From Chiloscyllium plagiosum (lineage: Eukaryota), in the NCBI RefSeq assembly GCF_004010195.1, contig NC_057711.1, positions 72,695,226 through 72,759,225 on the forward strand: DNA of 64,000 nt, read 5' to 3'. The position numbers were made by a program, and so were the translations under genes. Shown here one piece after another: positions 52,917 through 63,794 of this stretch. Position 1 is the stretch's first letter, and every line of letters begins with the position of its first letter. The notes below the pieces were generated by a model. It was not told where the DNA came from. It made no database searches and was given only the letters and a program-made list of their open reading frames with translations.

Positions 52917-53499
52917 CAGCTTTGCAAATCTGTGCAAACCCCCCAGACATACAGAGCCAAAATTGAAGCCCTTGAAATTGAAAGTAAACCGATAGCTATA
53001 TGATGGAACAAAACTCAACCTAAAGGAAACATGAAGCTGAGAGTGGAGTGCAATGAGAAGAACAAAGACCTGTAGTTTCAGATAGTAGATATTAAGCAAA
53101 ATGCAGCTTGATGCAGCTGAACCAAGTCTAAAGTTTGAACTGGTAACTCGAGACTTTTATTTAATCAATAATAGGATGAGGGCATATCTGACCAGACCAG
53201 CATTTATTGCCCAAACTAATTGACCAGAAGACAATTGTTGAGGGTCTAGTTGAGGGTCTAGAGTCATATGTAGGTCAGAATAGGTTGGCCTGGCAAGTTT
53301 TGTTCCCTAAAGGAACAGTTCAGATGGGTCTTTAATGACAATTGGCAGCTGATACATAGTTAGTATTAGCCTAGCTTTGATTTTTATTAAAAACAAATTT
53401 CACCATCTGCTAAAGTGGGATTTGAAAGTAGGTCCTCAGAACATTAGCCCAGGGTTCTGGATTACTAGTGTCAGAAAGAGTGAATAGTCACTATTGATT

Positions 53500-53600
53500 A
53501 TTAAACACATCTTAAAACATTACAAAGATATTGTGACAGATCTTGGCTATCATCCTGGTGGATATCATATCAAAGTAAATGAGAACAATGTAGCATCTGC
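53500..53600 (+). mobile_element. Possible LTR-retrotransposon pol fragment
   Basis: YKDIVTDLGYHPGGYHIKVNE resembles the Gypsy protease-RT linker Y.DVF.GLG..PG.YHI.V. Confidence 0.3.
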
Positions 53601-53834
53601 TGAACAGAAGTCCAGGTGCCCTCAAGTGGAGCCTAAAGCCATGAGGAAAGAACCAGCATATTTACCAATCCACGAGGTCCTGAAAAAAGGGAAGAATTAT
53701 AAGGCTGTCAAACAATCATCTTTTAGGGAATTGGCAGCTGATATTAAGCATAAAAAGCAGTGGAGGTGATCATCTCAGAACAGCAAAAACAAAGTGAGAA
53801 AAAAAAGATGCAATTAAAGATGACCAAAGTCAAG

Positions 53835-54389
53835 ACCATAATAGGAGCAGAAGTAGGTCATAGGGCCCATCAAATCGATTCTGCCATTCAACGAAATCAA
53901 GACTAATCTGAGAATCCTCAACTCCACTTTCTTGCCTTATCTGATCAAAGATCTGCCTATTTCATTCTTAAATTTACTTAACAACCAACCTCTATAGCCC
54001 TTTGTGGTAAAGAAATCCATAGATTCACCATCTTCTGACAGAAGAAATCCCTCCTCATCTCAGTCCTAACTGGCCAACCCCTTACTCTGAGATTATGCTC
54101 TCTGGTCCTAGGCTTACCCATAAGGAACAAAGTTCTCTCTATCTACCCTGTTAAGATCCTGAAGAATCTTACATAATTCAATAAGGTTGCCTATCATTCT
54201 CCCAAACTTCAACAAGTACTGGAACAGCTTACTCAACCCCTCAGAAAGAAAATCTCTCTGTTACCAGCATCAACCTAGTGAACCTTCTCTGTACTGTCTC
54301 CAATGCCAGCGGGTCTTTCCTTAAATGAGGAGAATCAAAAACTATACACAGTATTCCAGCTGTGGTCTGACTCGTGTCTTGTATAATTT
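53835..54389 (-). mobile_element. CR1-type LINE 3' fragment
   Basis: ORF 54241-54456 (PHLRKDPLALETVQRRFTRLM). Confidence 0.8.
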
Positions 54390-54556
54390 TAGGCAAATGT
54401 GAGGACTGCAGATGCTGGAGGTCAGAGCCAAGACCAGAGTGGTGCTGGAAAAGCACAGCATTCCTGATGAAGAGCTTTTGCCCGAAACGTCAATTTTCCT
54501 GCTCCTTGGATGCTGCCTGACCTACTGTGCTTTTCCAGCACCACGCTAGTCTTGGC
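54390..54556. mobile_element. Asymmetric inverted PLE mini-element with one hammerhead
   Basis: TSD-like tcttgtataattt / tcttgtatgattt (54377-54389 and 54557-54569). Minus arm about 54390-54460. Plus arm core CTGATGA-a-gagc-tttt-gccc-GAAA-cg-TC (54464-54491). Confidence 0.8.
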
Positions 54557-56734
54557 TCTTGTATGATTTCAGTTAATCTTCTTTATTTTCGTATTGCATT
54601 CCATTTTGTTGTCTGGTTCATCTTTAAACAAGTTACAGACAAATCCAACCAAAATGTCATGAATGAATTTGCCCAGGTGTCTTACAACACCAAACGGTCA
54701 AATAAATATGTTATTAGCCAACATTTAAAATGTACATTCACAAACCCAATTGTATATATGTACTTATGTATGCCTGGCAGAATAGACTTCTCCCATCAAG
54801 TTCCGGTGAGTATAAACTTTGTCACTAACTTGTATCCTTTATAACAAGGCATTTCTTTGTGTAAGCACTCAATATTTTAAGGGTGAAACCTTTCCATGTT
54901 AATTAGCTTGTATGCAGCCTGGCTTGTTTTTAAAAATGAACAGTAATAGAAGTGGATCTTCTCCAGCTCAACAAGCCTTCCCAAAGAGACAGTCACATTG
55001 GCGAGGCTGGCAAAGCTGGCCAGGGCATGTCTGCACTAAAAACCAGGCACAACTCAAAAAGCATCTTTAGTGATTATGGCCATGCCTCATGGTGAAAAGT
55101 TACCTGAGGCATACACTTTCCAAGTTATAATGAAAGGTCATTGACCTGATGGTGTGTGAGTTATGGAATGTTTCAGCTCTTTTTATGTTTTAAGTGTGAA
55201 TCCTGGCAGATGTGTGAAAGGCAGGACCACTGTGGTGCCAATAGTGCTAATTGGTAACTGCAATGAAGTGTTGTATTGCATGCGCAGTATATCCAACTTC
55301 CTATGTGGTAGTCCTCTGCAGTGTTGCCATGTTTACTCATACTCATAGAAGCATCCAATATTTTGTAGAGAGTAATGAAATGCAGCACTTCATTCATCCT
55401 TGAGCAGCATTGGAGCCAGGTTCTGTTGACGTGTTTATGGGCGCTGCCATCTGCAGTCATCACTGTCCAGACTGCCTTTGTCAGTCATAAAGCAACTTGT
55501 TGTCATCGCTAGAGATCAATGTTACAAACAAAAACAAATTAGAATCTATCATGCAATGTAACACTCCCTTGTGTCCCTCGTGGCTCAGATATTTAATTAC
55601 CCCTATCCTTGGGAACATTCAAAGGACAAATATTTGCTTTGTGCATTATTATAGGAGAACAGTTCAATCAGAAAAAAAAAGACTTTACATTCAGAATGTG
55701 TAAGCATTGTAACATAATTATAACAAGGTTATCAAGTGACGGTCAGAACTGGATTGTTGACAATTATGCCGCTATTTATTATTACTGAATATCAATTTGC
55801 ACTCATTAATTCAGCTCATGAATATGTTTTTAAAAAGAAAACACGACAAAAGTTATTAATCCCTCCCTGTGTGGGTCAGTCCTAATTAAAAGATCAAAAT
55901 TGTGCTTCACTGACATCATATCTTCCTGCTTTGAACTTTAACTCAAATTGAAAGATGTTCCGTCCCGTTCTATATGGACCAGCCTGCAAAACCCATTGGG
56001 ATTGGTTTCTGAAATCTCCTGAAGAAATATAAATAGGCACACATCAATGTTCACTGCTGCAGAATGCACAATGTTGCTTTCCAGACAGGTGTGCATTTGG
56101 AGGAAGAAAGGCAGCAGCAACAGTCTTCATCAAATAAAGAGGAATTAGGGGAAGGAAAGGATTCTGGGTAACATCCACACCTTTCACCGAGAAATCACAA
56201 AGATCAGTTCATAACTCAGAATTTCTATTGAGCTTCTCAAATCCCTCCCCTCAGAACTTATGCAAAATCCCTCTGCATGACATTCCTTCTTACATTTTTT
56301 ACCGCTCCTTTCAGTCTGCATTGAAGGATATCAAACCATTCAGGCAACTTCTGCACTGGTTATATTCTAACCACGCTGACTGAAAACAAAAACTATGGCA
56401 ATAAACCGCTTGACAGACCAAAGCCCCAAAGGTGATTATTTAATGCCAAATGTAATAAATACCTCCCATTTATTTCTCACCCATGTGGCCAACCAAAAGC
56501 TATTTTTTTCAAAGGAGGTTTCCTAATTCTATTATTTCTACAAGATGTTCCCCTGCGACCAAAGCAAAGCTGGGAGAAAACTCTTGAGAATTCATGGCCA
56601 TTGACCAAGGGTGTAACACCCTTTAAGTGTCAGAATTTTCTGGTCTAAGTTTTTTGCTGACAAGATAACAGGCACTTGTGGAGGGAGAAAGATGTATGGT
56701 GGTGTTGTGAGGGGGAACATGAATGAATGTTACT

Positions 56735-57215
56735 AAAGAAAGGATGAACTGCCACTGGAGGGGGTGCAGAGGAGGTTCATTAGATTGATTCCAGAGTTGG
56801 CAGGGTTGATTTATGAGGAGAGATTGAGTACAGTAGGACTATACTTATTGGAATTTAGAAGAATGGGGTGGGGGGCATCCTATAGAAATATATAAAACTA
56901 TGAAGGGAATAGATAAGATAGAAGAAGGAGGTTGTTTCCACTCACAGGTGAAACTAGAACTAGAGGGTATAGGGTCAAAATGAGGGGGAGTAGATTTAAG
57001 TTGAGGAAAAACCTCTTCTCCCAAAGGGTCCTGAATCTGTGGAATTCCCTGCCCAGTGAAGCAGTTGAGGCTACCTAATTGAATGGTTTTAACGCAAAGA
57101 TAGATTTTTGAACAGTGAAGGAATTAAGGGTTACTTTGAGCAAGCAATAAGTGGAGCTGAGTCCATTAAAAGCTCAGCCATGATCTTATTGAATGGCAGA
57201 GCAGGCTCAACAAGT
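56735..57215 (+). mobile_element. CR1-type LINE 3' fragment
   Basis: LEGVQRRFIRLIP...ETRTRG.RVK. Confidence 0.8.
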
Positions 57216-57629
57216 ACGACCAGTCTATCCAGTCCCTCCTCACATTGCTTATAAAAGCCAACTGTTCCACTACACAGTTGCCACTTTTGTTGCAACATGG
57301 AGCCAACACCTTGGTCAGCTAGCTTCACTTTGTTTCCATCAAATGCGCGATAGAAATTAACATTCAGAACATTATTACTCTGTTAATTGCTTGGCAGCAT
57401 TTTTTAAGCAGCCCACTTGAAAACAGGGCACCTTTTTAACAGCATGCATTTTTCTTTAGAAGGTTAGCCTCCTCCTCACTGTCTCCCAACTGATTGACAG
57501 ACCTGGTTCTCTCTTGCTCAAAGAATGCTCCAACGAGGTAACGGCTCAGAAACAGTTTGGTTTCCTGCTCTTAAGGTGTAGATTTCAAACACTGGGGGAC
57601 TGAGTACTGTGCAGTTTGGAAGGATGTGA

Positions 57630-57800
57630 TTAGAATCACAGAGTCATATAGCACAGAAACAGGCCCTTCAGCCCAACTTATCCATGCAGAGCAAGTTTCC
57701 TAAACTAAATTAATCCCGTTTGCTGATGTTTGGTCCTTATCCCTTGAAACACTTCCTACCCAAATACCTGGTTGAATGTTTTTTAGATATTGTAACAATG
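57630..57800 (-). mobile_element. CR1 3' UTR fragment
   Basis: agaatcacagagtcatatagcacagaaacaggcccttc. Confidence 0.75.
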
Positions 57801-58760
57801 TTGTGATTGTGGGGTCACCTGAAATAACTATTAGGGAGGGATCAGTGATCACAATGACAGCCAGGTAACAGAAGGAACAGTTTGATTGTAAGGGTGGAGT
57901 ATATAATTGCTGATGTAGGCATGATCAGAGGAGCTTGGGGTACTGCACAAGCACTCCAGAGCAAGTTTGTGAAGAAACACTTACCTGTTCCACAGCATTG
58001 CACGGCTCCCTTTAGTTTCTGAGTTTTCGGAGGCCAAATATGAGAGTGTGAAAGGGTACGTACCAGTGGGCATGCTGAGGATATGCGTGTGTTCAGGACC
58101 ATCAAGTGGGGTCAAAGCTAGGGTCACGTCAGCTGCCCAGAAATCCAATCCAGTAAATCTGTTTCTCTTCCTGTGGCTGCTGGCTGACCTGCTGAGTATT
58201 TCTAGCATTTTCTGTTTTTATTTCAGACTTCTGGATTGGCAGCTCTTATTTCAGAAAGGTATATTCATCTTGATTCACATGAATAATACTAGGCTTAAAG
58301 GATTACTTGGATCAGATGGGTTTAATAACTCCCCTTGAATTCCCTTGACTTTAGAAGGACATATGTGATTTATTAAAGTCTGGGTCGATTGAAATTTTCA
58401 AGAGAGAGATTGACAGATTTTTATTGGATGAGATTGTCCAGGGACATGGATAAAAAGTGAGCCCACTGAGTTGAGGTACAGATCAATGTGGACACAATGA
58501 CGAAACATGTAGATCCCCTTGATCGAAATTGTACTTACCTGCTGCACGAGGACTCAATTTTCAAGGGAAAGACAGTTTCTACCTGAAACACACCAGTAGA
58601 GCAAGGGAAGACCCTTTTATAAGTGGTGGCAGGCACAATATTAAACTTAACAACCTGTTGTGTCAGTGTACCCAATTTTGAGTCCCTTACAGCCCACTAA
58701 TGTCAATTTTTTTTCTGCACAAAATCAGCTCCAGTGAATCTGGGATGAACAAAAGGACTT

Positions 58761-59018
58761 ATAGAGTCATAGAGATGTACAGCATGGAAACAGACCCTTC
58801 AGTCCAACCTGTCCACACCGACCAGAATTCCCAACCCAATCTAGTCCCACCTGTCAGCACCCAGCCCATATCCCTCCAAACCCTTCCTATTCATATCCCC
58901 ATCCAAATGCCTCTTAAATGTTGTAATTGTACCAGCCTCCACCACATCCTCTGGCAGCTCATTCCATACATGTACCACCCTCTGTGTTGCCCCGTAGGTC
59001 TCTTTTATATCTTTCCCT
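58761..59018 (-). mobile_element. CR1 3' fragment
   Basis: Nearly identical to 12490-12760 and 43800-44060. Confidence 0.9.
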
Positions 59019-59034
59019 GTCTCAGTTTGAAGTA

Positions 59035-59262
59035 TTTGAGGAGAAAGTGAGGTCTGCAGATGCTGGAGATCAGAGATGGAAATGTGTTGCTGGAAAAGCG
59101 CAGCAGGTCAGGCTGCATCTAGGGAACAGGAGAATCGACGTTTCGAGCATTAGCCCTTCTTCAGGAATTCCTGAAGAAGGGCTAATGCCCGAAACGTCGA
59201 TTCTCCTGTTCCCTAGATGCTGCCTGACCTGCTGCGCTTTTCCAGCAACACATTTCCATCTC
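59035..59262. mobile_element. Near-perfect palindromic PLE mini-element with a hammerhead on each strand
   Basis: 95-bp arms 59073-59167 and 59168-59262 with 2 mismatches and no spacer. Flanking repeat tctcagtttgaagta (59020-59034 and 59259-59273). Confidence 0.9.
59171..59198 (+). ncRNA. Minimal hammerhead ribozyme core
   Basis: CTGAAGA-a-GGGC-taat-GCCC-GAAA-cg-TC. Mirror copy at 59164->59137 has a G-U pair in stem II. Confidence 0.75.
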
Positions 59263-60227
59263 AGTTTGAAGTAGACTGTGAATTACGTCTTTCCACAAAT
59301 TGGTTGGTCATTTTAATTGCAATCTCTAATGGAACATTAACTGTTGCAGGGATTTCTCTGATAGTCACCTTGCTATCCTCTGACACTTATCTGCAGAGAA
59401 TGACCAAAGAAAGATCTACAAAATGGCCTTTATTACTCACTATAGCCAAGGGCACCAGAGTATTCACAGTAAACATGGCATGCTCGAGACCCTGAACAAA
59501 GTATTACGGATGCACTCTTGGATGCAGTTACAATTATGAGCTGTATAGTTATTTAAACCTGATCATTACTAATGGTTAAGTTTACATTGTGCATAGAGTA
59601 TGAGTATAATTTGGCAATCACTACATAGATACACCTATTTAATGTAATATACAATTAGTGTGAAAGCACGTACATGCAATCAGGTCTAATTGTGCTACAG
59701 GCTACAATTTGTTCTTAACTTAGTTTATATCTGGCTTGTGTTTATCAATCATTTTCCCCTGTCTGATATCAATGGTGTTTTAATGGCTGCTTTCAAGGCA
59801 CAGAGGTTCAATGAATAAACAACCTCTTTGTGTCGCTGTGAACATTATCATTATTATTCCTTTGCTATCTCGCAGATAAGTTGGCTCCTACAACAAATGG
59901 TATGGTGATCCCACATATCTTCCCTGTGTATTGTTCAACTAGCAGGTTTATGTCCTTGTGGGTTTATCCACAGCTAGCAGCTCACAACATGTGCCATTAA
60001 ATATTGCTGGGTTTCTTTTGACCCTTTCACTGAAAAATAAACTGTTTGGGCTGAAATTTCATTGCTATGATGGGAATCGCGAGCCAGGAGGCCTCTCTCT
60101 GTCTGAATTTCTTGGTCCTTCCTTTCCTCTCACCTCCAGATGAATGCCTCTGTCCCCTATAGGTACAATCAGAACCACTCCACTCCCCACGCCCATTATG
60201 TACTTATGCAGCTGACAACAACTATAC

Positions 60228-60320
60228 TCGTCCTGAAGAGGGGTTACACCTGAAACGTAGACTTCTCCACCTCCTGATGCTGCTTGGCCTGCTGTGTTCT
60301 TCCAGCCTCCTGCTTGCCTA
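60228..60320 (+). mobile_element. PLE-terminus mini-element with hammerhead
   Basis: gtc-CTGAAGA-g-GGGT-tac-ACCT-GAAA-cg-TA-gac (60230-60262), followed by gatgctgcttggcctgctgtgttcttccagc. Confidence 0.7.
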
Positions 60321-60374
60321 CAATTATATCATGGCAGTCAGGAGTTATAGCGTGAGTTCAGGAGGCTGATAACC

Positions 60375-60494
60375 GTTGAGACTTATGCCCGAAACACTGA
60401 TTTTCCTGCTCCTCGGATTCTGCCTGACCTGCTGTGCTTTTCTGGCACCACACTATCGACTCTGATCTCCAGCATCTGCAGTCTTCCCTTTCTC
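60375..60494 (+). mobile_element. PLE-terminus mini-element truncated within the hammerhead
   Basis: TSD ctgataacc (60366-60374 and 60495-60503). Begins near cttatgcccgaaac. Confidence 0.75.
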
Positions 60495-60603
60495 CTGATA
60501 ACCTATTCAGTAAGGGTTCTGGTCTGAATGTGGTTAACATTGGAATGGCACTGTAATATTTCTGTAGGGACTGTGAGAATGAGAAGCAAGCTGCTTAGAT
60601 AAT

Positions 60604-62772
60604 AATGAAAACAACAAATGCTGGAGGTCACAGCAGGTCAGGCAGCATCCGTGGAGAGACAGTAGGCTAACGTTTTGAGTCTAGATGACAGCATTTATGC
60701 GATGGTTGAGGAGGAGGGAAATGCTGGGGTGGTGGTGTGTAGAGTGCTGGGGGAAAAAGATGTTGATAGTTCAGATTAAGTGATTGGAATGTGGGAAGAC
60801 AGAACAATGGCATGTCTAACTGCCAAACTGGAGAGAACAGACAGTCCCTCTGGGGTGGGAGTAGGGGAGAGAGGAGATGGTGACAGAGAATATAACAAGT
60901 AAAGTTAAAAGAAAGGGAAGGAATGGGAGTTGGTTCACAATCTGAAGGTGTGTGAACTCATTACTGAGCCCAGAAGGCTGTAAAGTGCCTAGTCTGAAGA
61001 TGAGATGTTGTTCCTCCAGTTTGTGCTGTGATTTACTGGAGCACTGCAGCAGGCCGAGGACAGACATGTGGGCATGTGAGCAGGACATTGTGTTAAAATG
61101 ACCAGCTACAGGAAGATTGAGGTCCTGCTTGCACGTGGACCGGAGGTGTTCTACAAAGCCGTCACCCAGTCTGCATTTGGTATCTCCAATGTAAGGTAGG
61201 CCACATTGGGTGCAGCAAATACAATACACAAGATTGGAGGAGGTACGGGTGAAATGATGCTTCACCTGGAAAGATTTTTTAGGCCCATGGATGGTGAGCA
61301 GGGAGGAGGTGAAGGGGTGGGTGTTGTACCTTCTGCAATTACATGGGAAGGTATCATGGGGAGGGGGGGGGGGTGGTGGTTTTAGTGGTTGAAGAAAGCA
61401 ATAGGGTGTCCCAGAGGGAATGATCCCTGAGAAATACAGATGGGGGTATTGGGGGAAGATGTTTTTGATGGTGGCATTTTTCTGGAGCTGGCTGAAATAT
61501 TGGAGAATGATCCATTAAATGCGTAGGCTGGTGGGATGAAAAGTGAAGGTAAGGGGACCCGATCATGCTGTTATGAGTGATGGGAAGGGGCAAGGGCGGA
61601 GCTCGGGTGATAGGTCAGATGAGGTTGAGGTCTCTCCCAATCACAGTGGGTGGGAAACCACGGTCATGGAAGAAGGAAGTCATGTCAGCAGCACTGTTTT
61701 GAAAGGTGGCATCATCCGAACAGATACGACATAGGACGTGGGGTGTGACAAGCTGCAGTGAAGTTAGTTATGGGAGTCAAAGGCTTTGCAACGGATAGCA
61801 TGGACAGTTTATCCCTGAAATGGAGACAGAGAGGTCAAGGAAAGCCACCACCAAACCCATCTTCCCCTGAATCCCCCATCTTCATTTTACAAGGATAATT
61901 CCCTCCGGGACCCCCTAGTTCATTCATCGAATACTAACACCATTACCTCCATTCCCATGGCACCGCTGTATAACTGCAGAAGGTACAACTCCTGCTCCTT
62001 CACCTCCTCCCTGCTCGCCAACCAAGGGCCTAAAACAGCCTTTACAGGTGAAGTAGTATTTCACCTGTACCTCTTTCAATCTTGTGTATTGTACTCACTG
62101 CACCCAATGTGACCAATTCTACATTGGAGAAAGCAAATGCAGACTGGGAGACCGCTTTTCAGAACACTTCCAGTCCATGCACAAGCAGGACTCCAACCTT
62201 CCCTTTAGCCGGCCATTTTAACACAGCTCCTGCTCACACACCCACATGTCTGTCCTCGGCCTGCTGCAATGCTCCAGTGAATCAGAGGACAAACTAGAGG
62301 AACAACATCTTATCTTCTGACTCTTCTGGGCTCAATACTGAAGTTCACACAACTTCAAATTGTGAATCAATTCCTATTCCTTCCCTTTCTTTTGGCTTTA
62401 TTTGTTACATTCTCTGTCCCCATGACCTCTCTCCCCACATTCCCCCTCCCCCACCACACCTCACTGGCACTGCCTGTCCTTTCCAGCCTGGCAATTAGAT
62501 ACATCATCATTTTGCCATTCTCACTTACCAATCACTTAATCTGAACTATCTACATCTTTTCTCCCTCCAGCACTCTACACCCCACCACCAACCCTCTCCC
62601 AACTATAGCATAAATGCTGCTCCCTCCACACTTCACTTCAGCTCTGATGAAGAGTCATGTAGACTCGAAACGTTAGCTCGCTCTCTCTCTCTCTGGATGC
62701 TGCCTGACCCACTGTGATCTCCAGCATTTGTCATTTTCAGTACAGATTCCAGCATCTGCAGTAATTTGCTCC
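60604..62772. mobile_element. Penelope-like element with inverted arms (RT C-terminus and GIY-YIG on -, GIY-YIG and terminus on +)
   Basis: ORF 60816-61265 NLVYCICCTQCGLPYIGDTKCRLGD.F.EH. Plus arm near 62080 NLVYC.HCTQC..FYIGESKCRLGDRF. Minus-strand FLDLSVSI near 61840. Junction about 61843. Confidence 0.9.
62640..62678 (+). ncRNA. Minimal type I hammerhead ribozyme motif, fully paired
   Basis: AGCT-CTGATGA-a-GAGTC-atgta-GACTC-GAAA-cg-TT-AGCT. 4-bp helix I, 5-bp stem II, predicted cleavage after 62674. Confidence 0.8.
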
Positions 62773-63621
62773 TGAGATAGTAGCCTTTGTCAACCAGAAT
62801 GCTCACCCTAATGCTAAGGGTTGGGGAATTGTGGAAGAGGTAGGGCAGATTTAAATCCCACAGGTGTGATGCAACTATAGAGTGCAGAAAAAATAAATCT
62901 ATTGCAGCGCAGAACTTTTGTATTGCTGACTAAAGACATATGCTTTCCATCTTGCTTGCATGAGGACAATTTGCAAGTATACCAATAAAGGGTAAAACTA
63001 ACATTTATACTGTATGAGAGGAGAAACCAAATCAGAAGTTACAGTTCATCTGCATCTGAAGTGCTGTAACCTGCAAGACCACTGACAAGATGCTGGGGAA
63101 TAGAATAGAATGAGCTGTTAGTTTATTCAGCAGCAAAGATACAGTGGGCTGAATGGCCTTATTCTGTGCTGTAACTCATTTCTATGGTCCTGCAGTTCCA
63201 AGAAATGAGCTTACCTGAATTACATTTAACAGGACATTTCCTTCAGACAAATCCATGAAGCAGAAAGGATTGTCCAACATTGAACTTGAAGATCAGTTGC
63301 ACCATTATGAGTAGCTGCTTCCACATTTAATCCTGTAATCACCATGTCACCTCAGTAACCTGCTGCAGGGTTACAAATTTAGCTCCTCACAAGTAATACT
63401 AAGTGACTTGGTTCATCCAGGAGCTCTTCAGGCAAGCTAATTTAAATAGTATAGGTACGTAATATGAATCCAATACTGGCACTTAAAAAATGAGCACCCC
63501 GCAATTTAAACTAGTAAGCATCATGTTGGTCGAGCGATGTGCTGAAAACAAAATTCATGCAGAAGAAAACAACACCATAACTGACACTTACAACTTCAAA
63601 CAGATTTATTTTCAACAACAA

Positions 63622-63775
63622 AGACAAAAATAGAAATTGTTGGAAAAGCTCAACATGTCTAGCAGCAACTGAGGATGGGCTCGACCTGAAATGTTAACTC
63701 TAATTTCTCTCCACAGATGCTGTCAGACCGACTGAGCAATTTCTAACTTTGTCTCTGATTTACATCATCTACAGA
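63622..63775. mobile_element. Old asymmetric inverted PLE mini-element
   Basis: Minus arm about 63622-63668, then ctgaggatgggctcgacctgaaatgttaac...ccacagatgctgtcagacc. Confidence 0.55.
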
Positions 63776-63794
63776 TCATTTGATTCTTATTTTC

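Noticed and set aside
55128..55150. Additional hammerhead (taatgaaaggtcattgacctga)
   Set aside because: Only the stem II-like ggtca/tgacc remains. The CUGA and GAAA boxes are absent.
57981..58208. 75-aa ORF as a protein-coding exon
   Set aside because: Starts inside an old PLE terminal remnant. The peptide is not recognisable and the acceptor is weak.
59073..59262. Pre-miRNA or classical TIR MITE
   Set aside because: The arms are Penelope terminal sequence also found singly. The element is asymmetric with a long variable TSD, unlike DNA-transposon MITEs. No evidence for miRNA processing.
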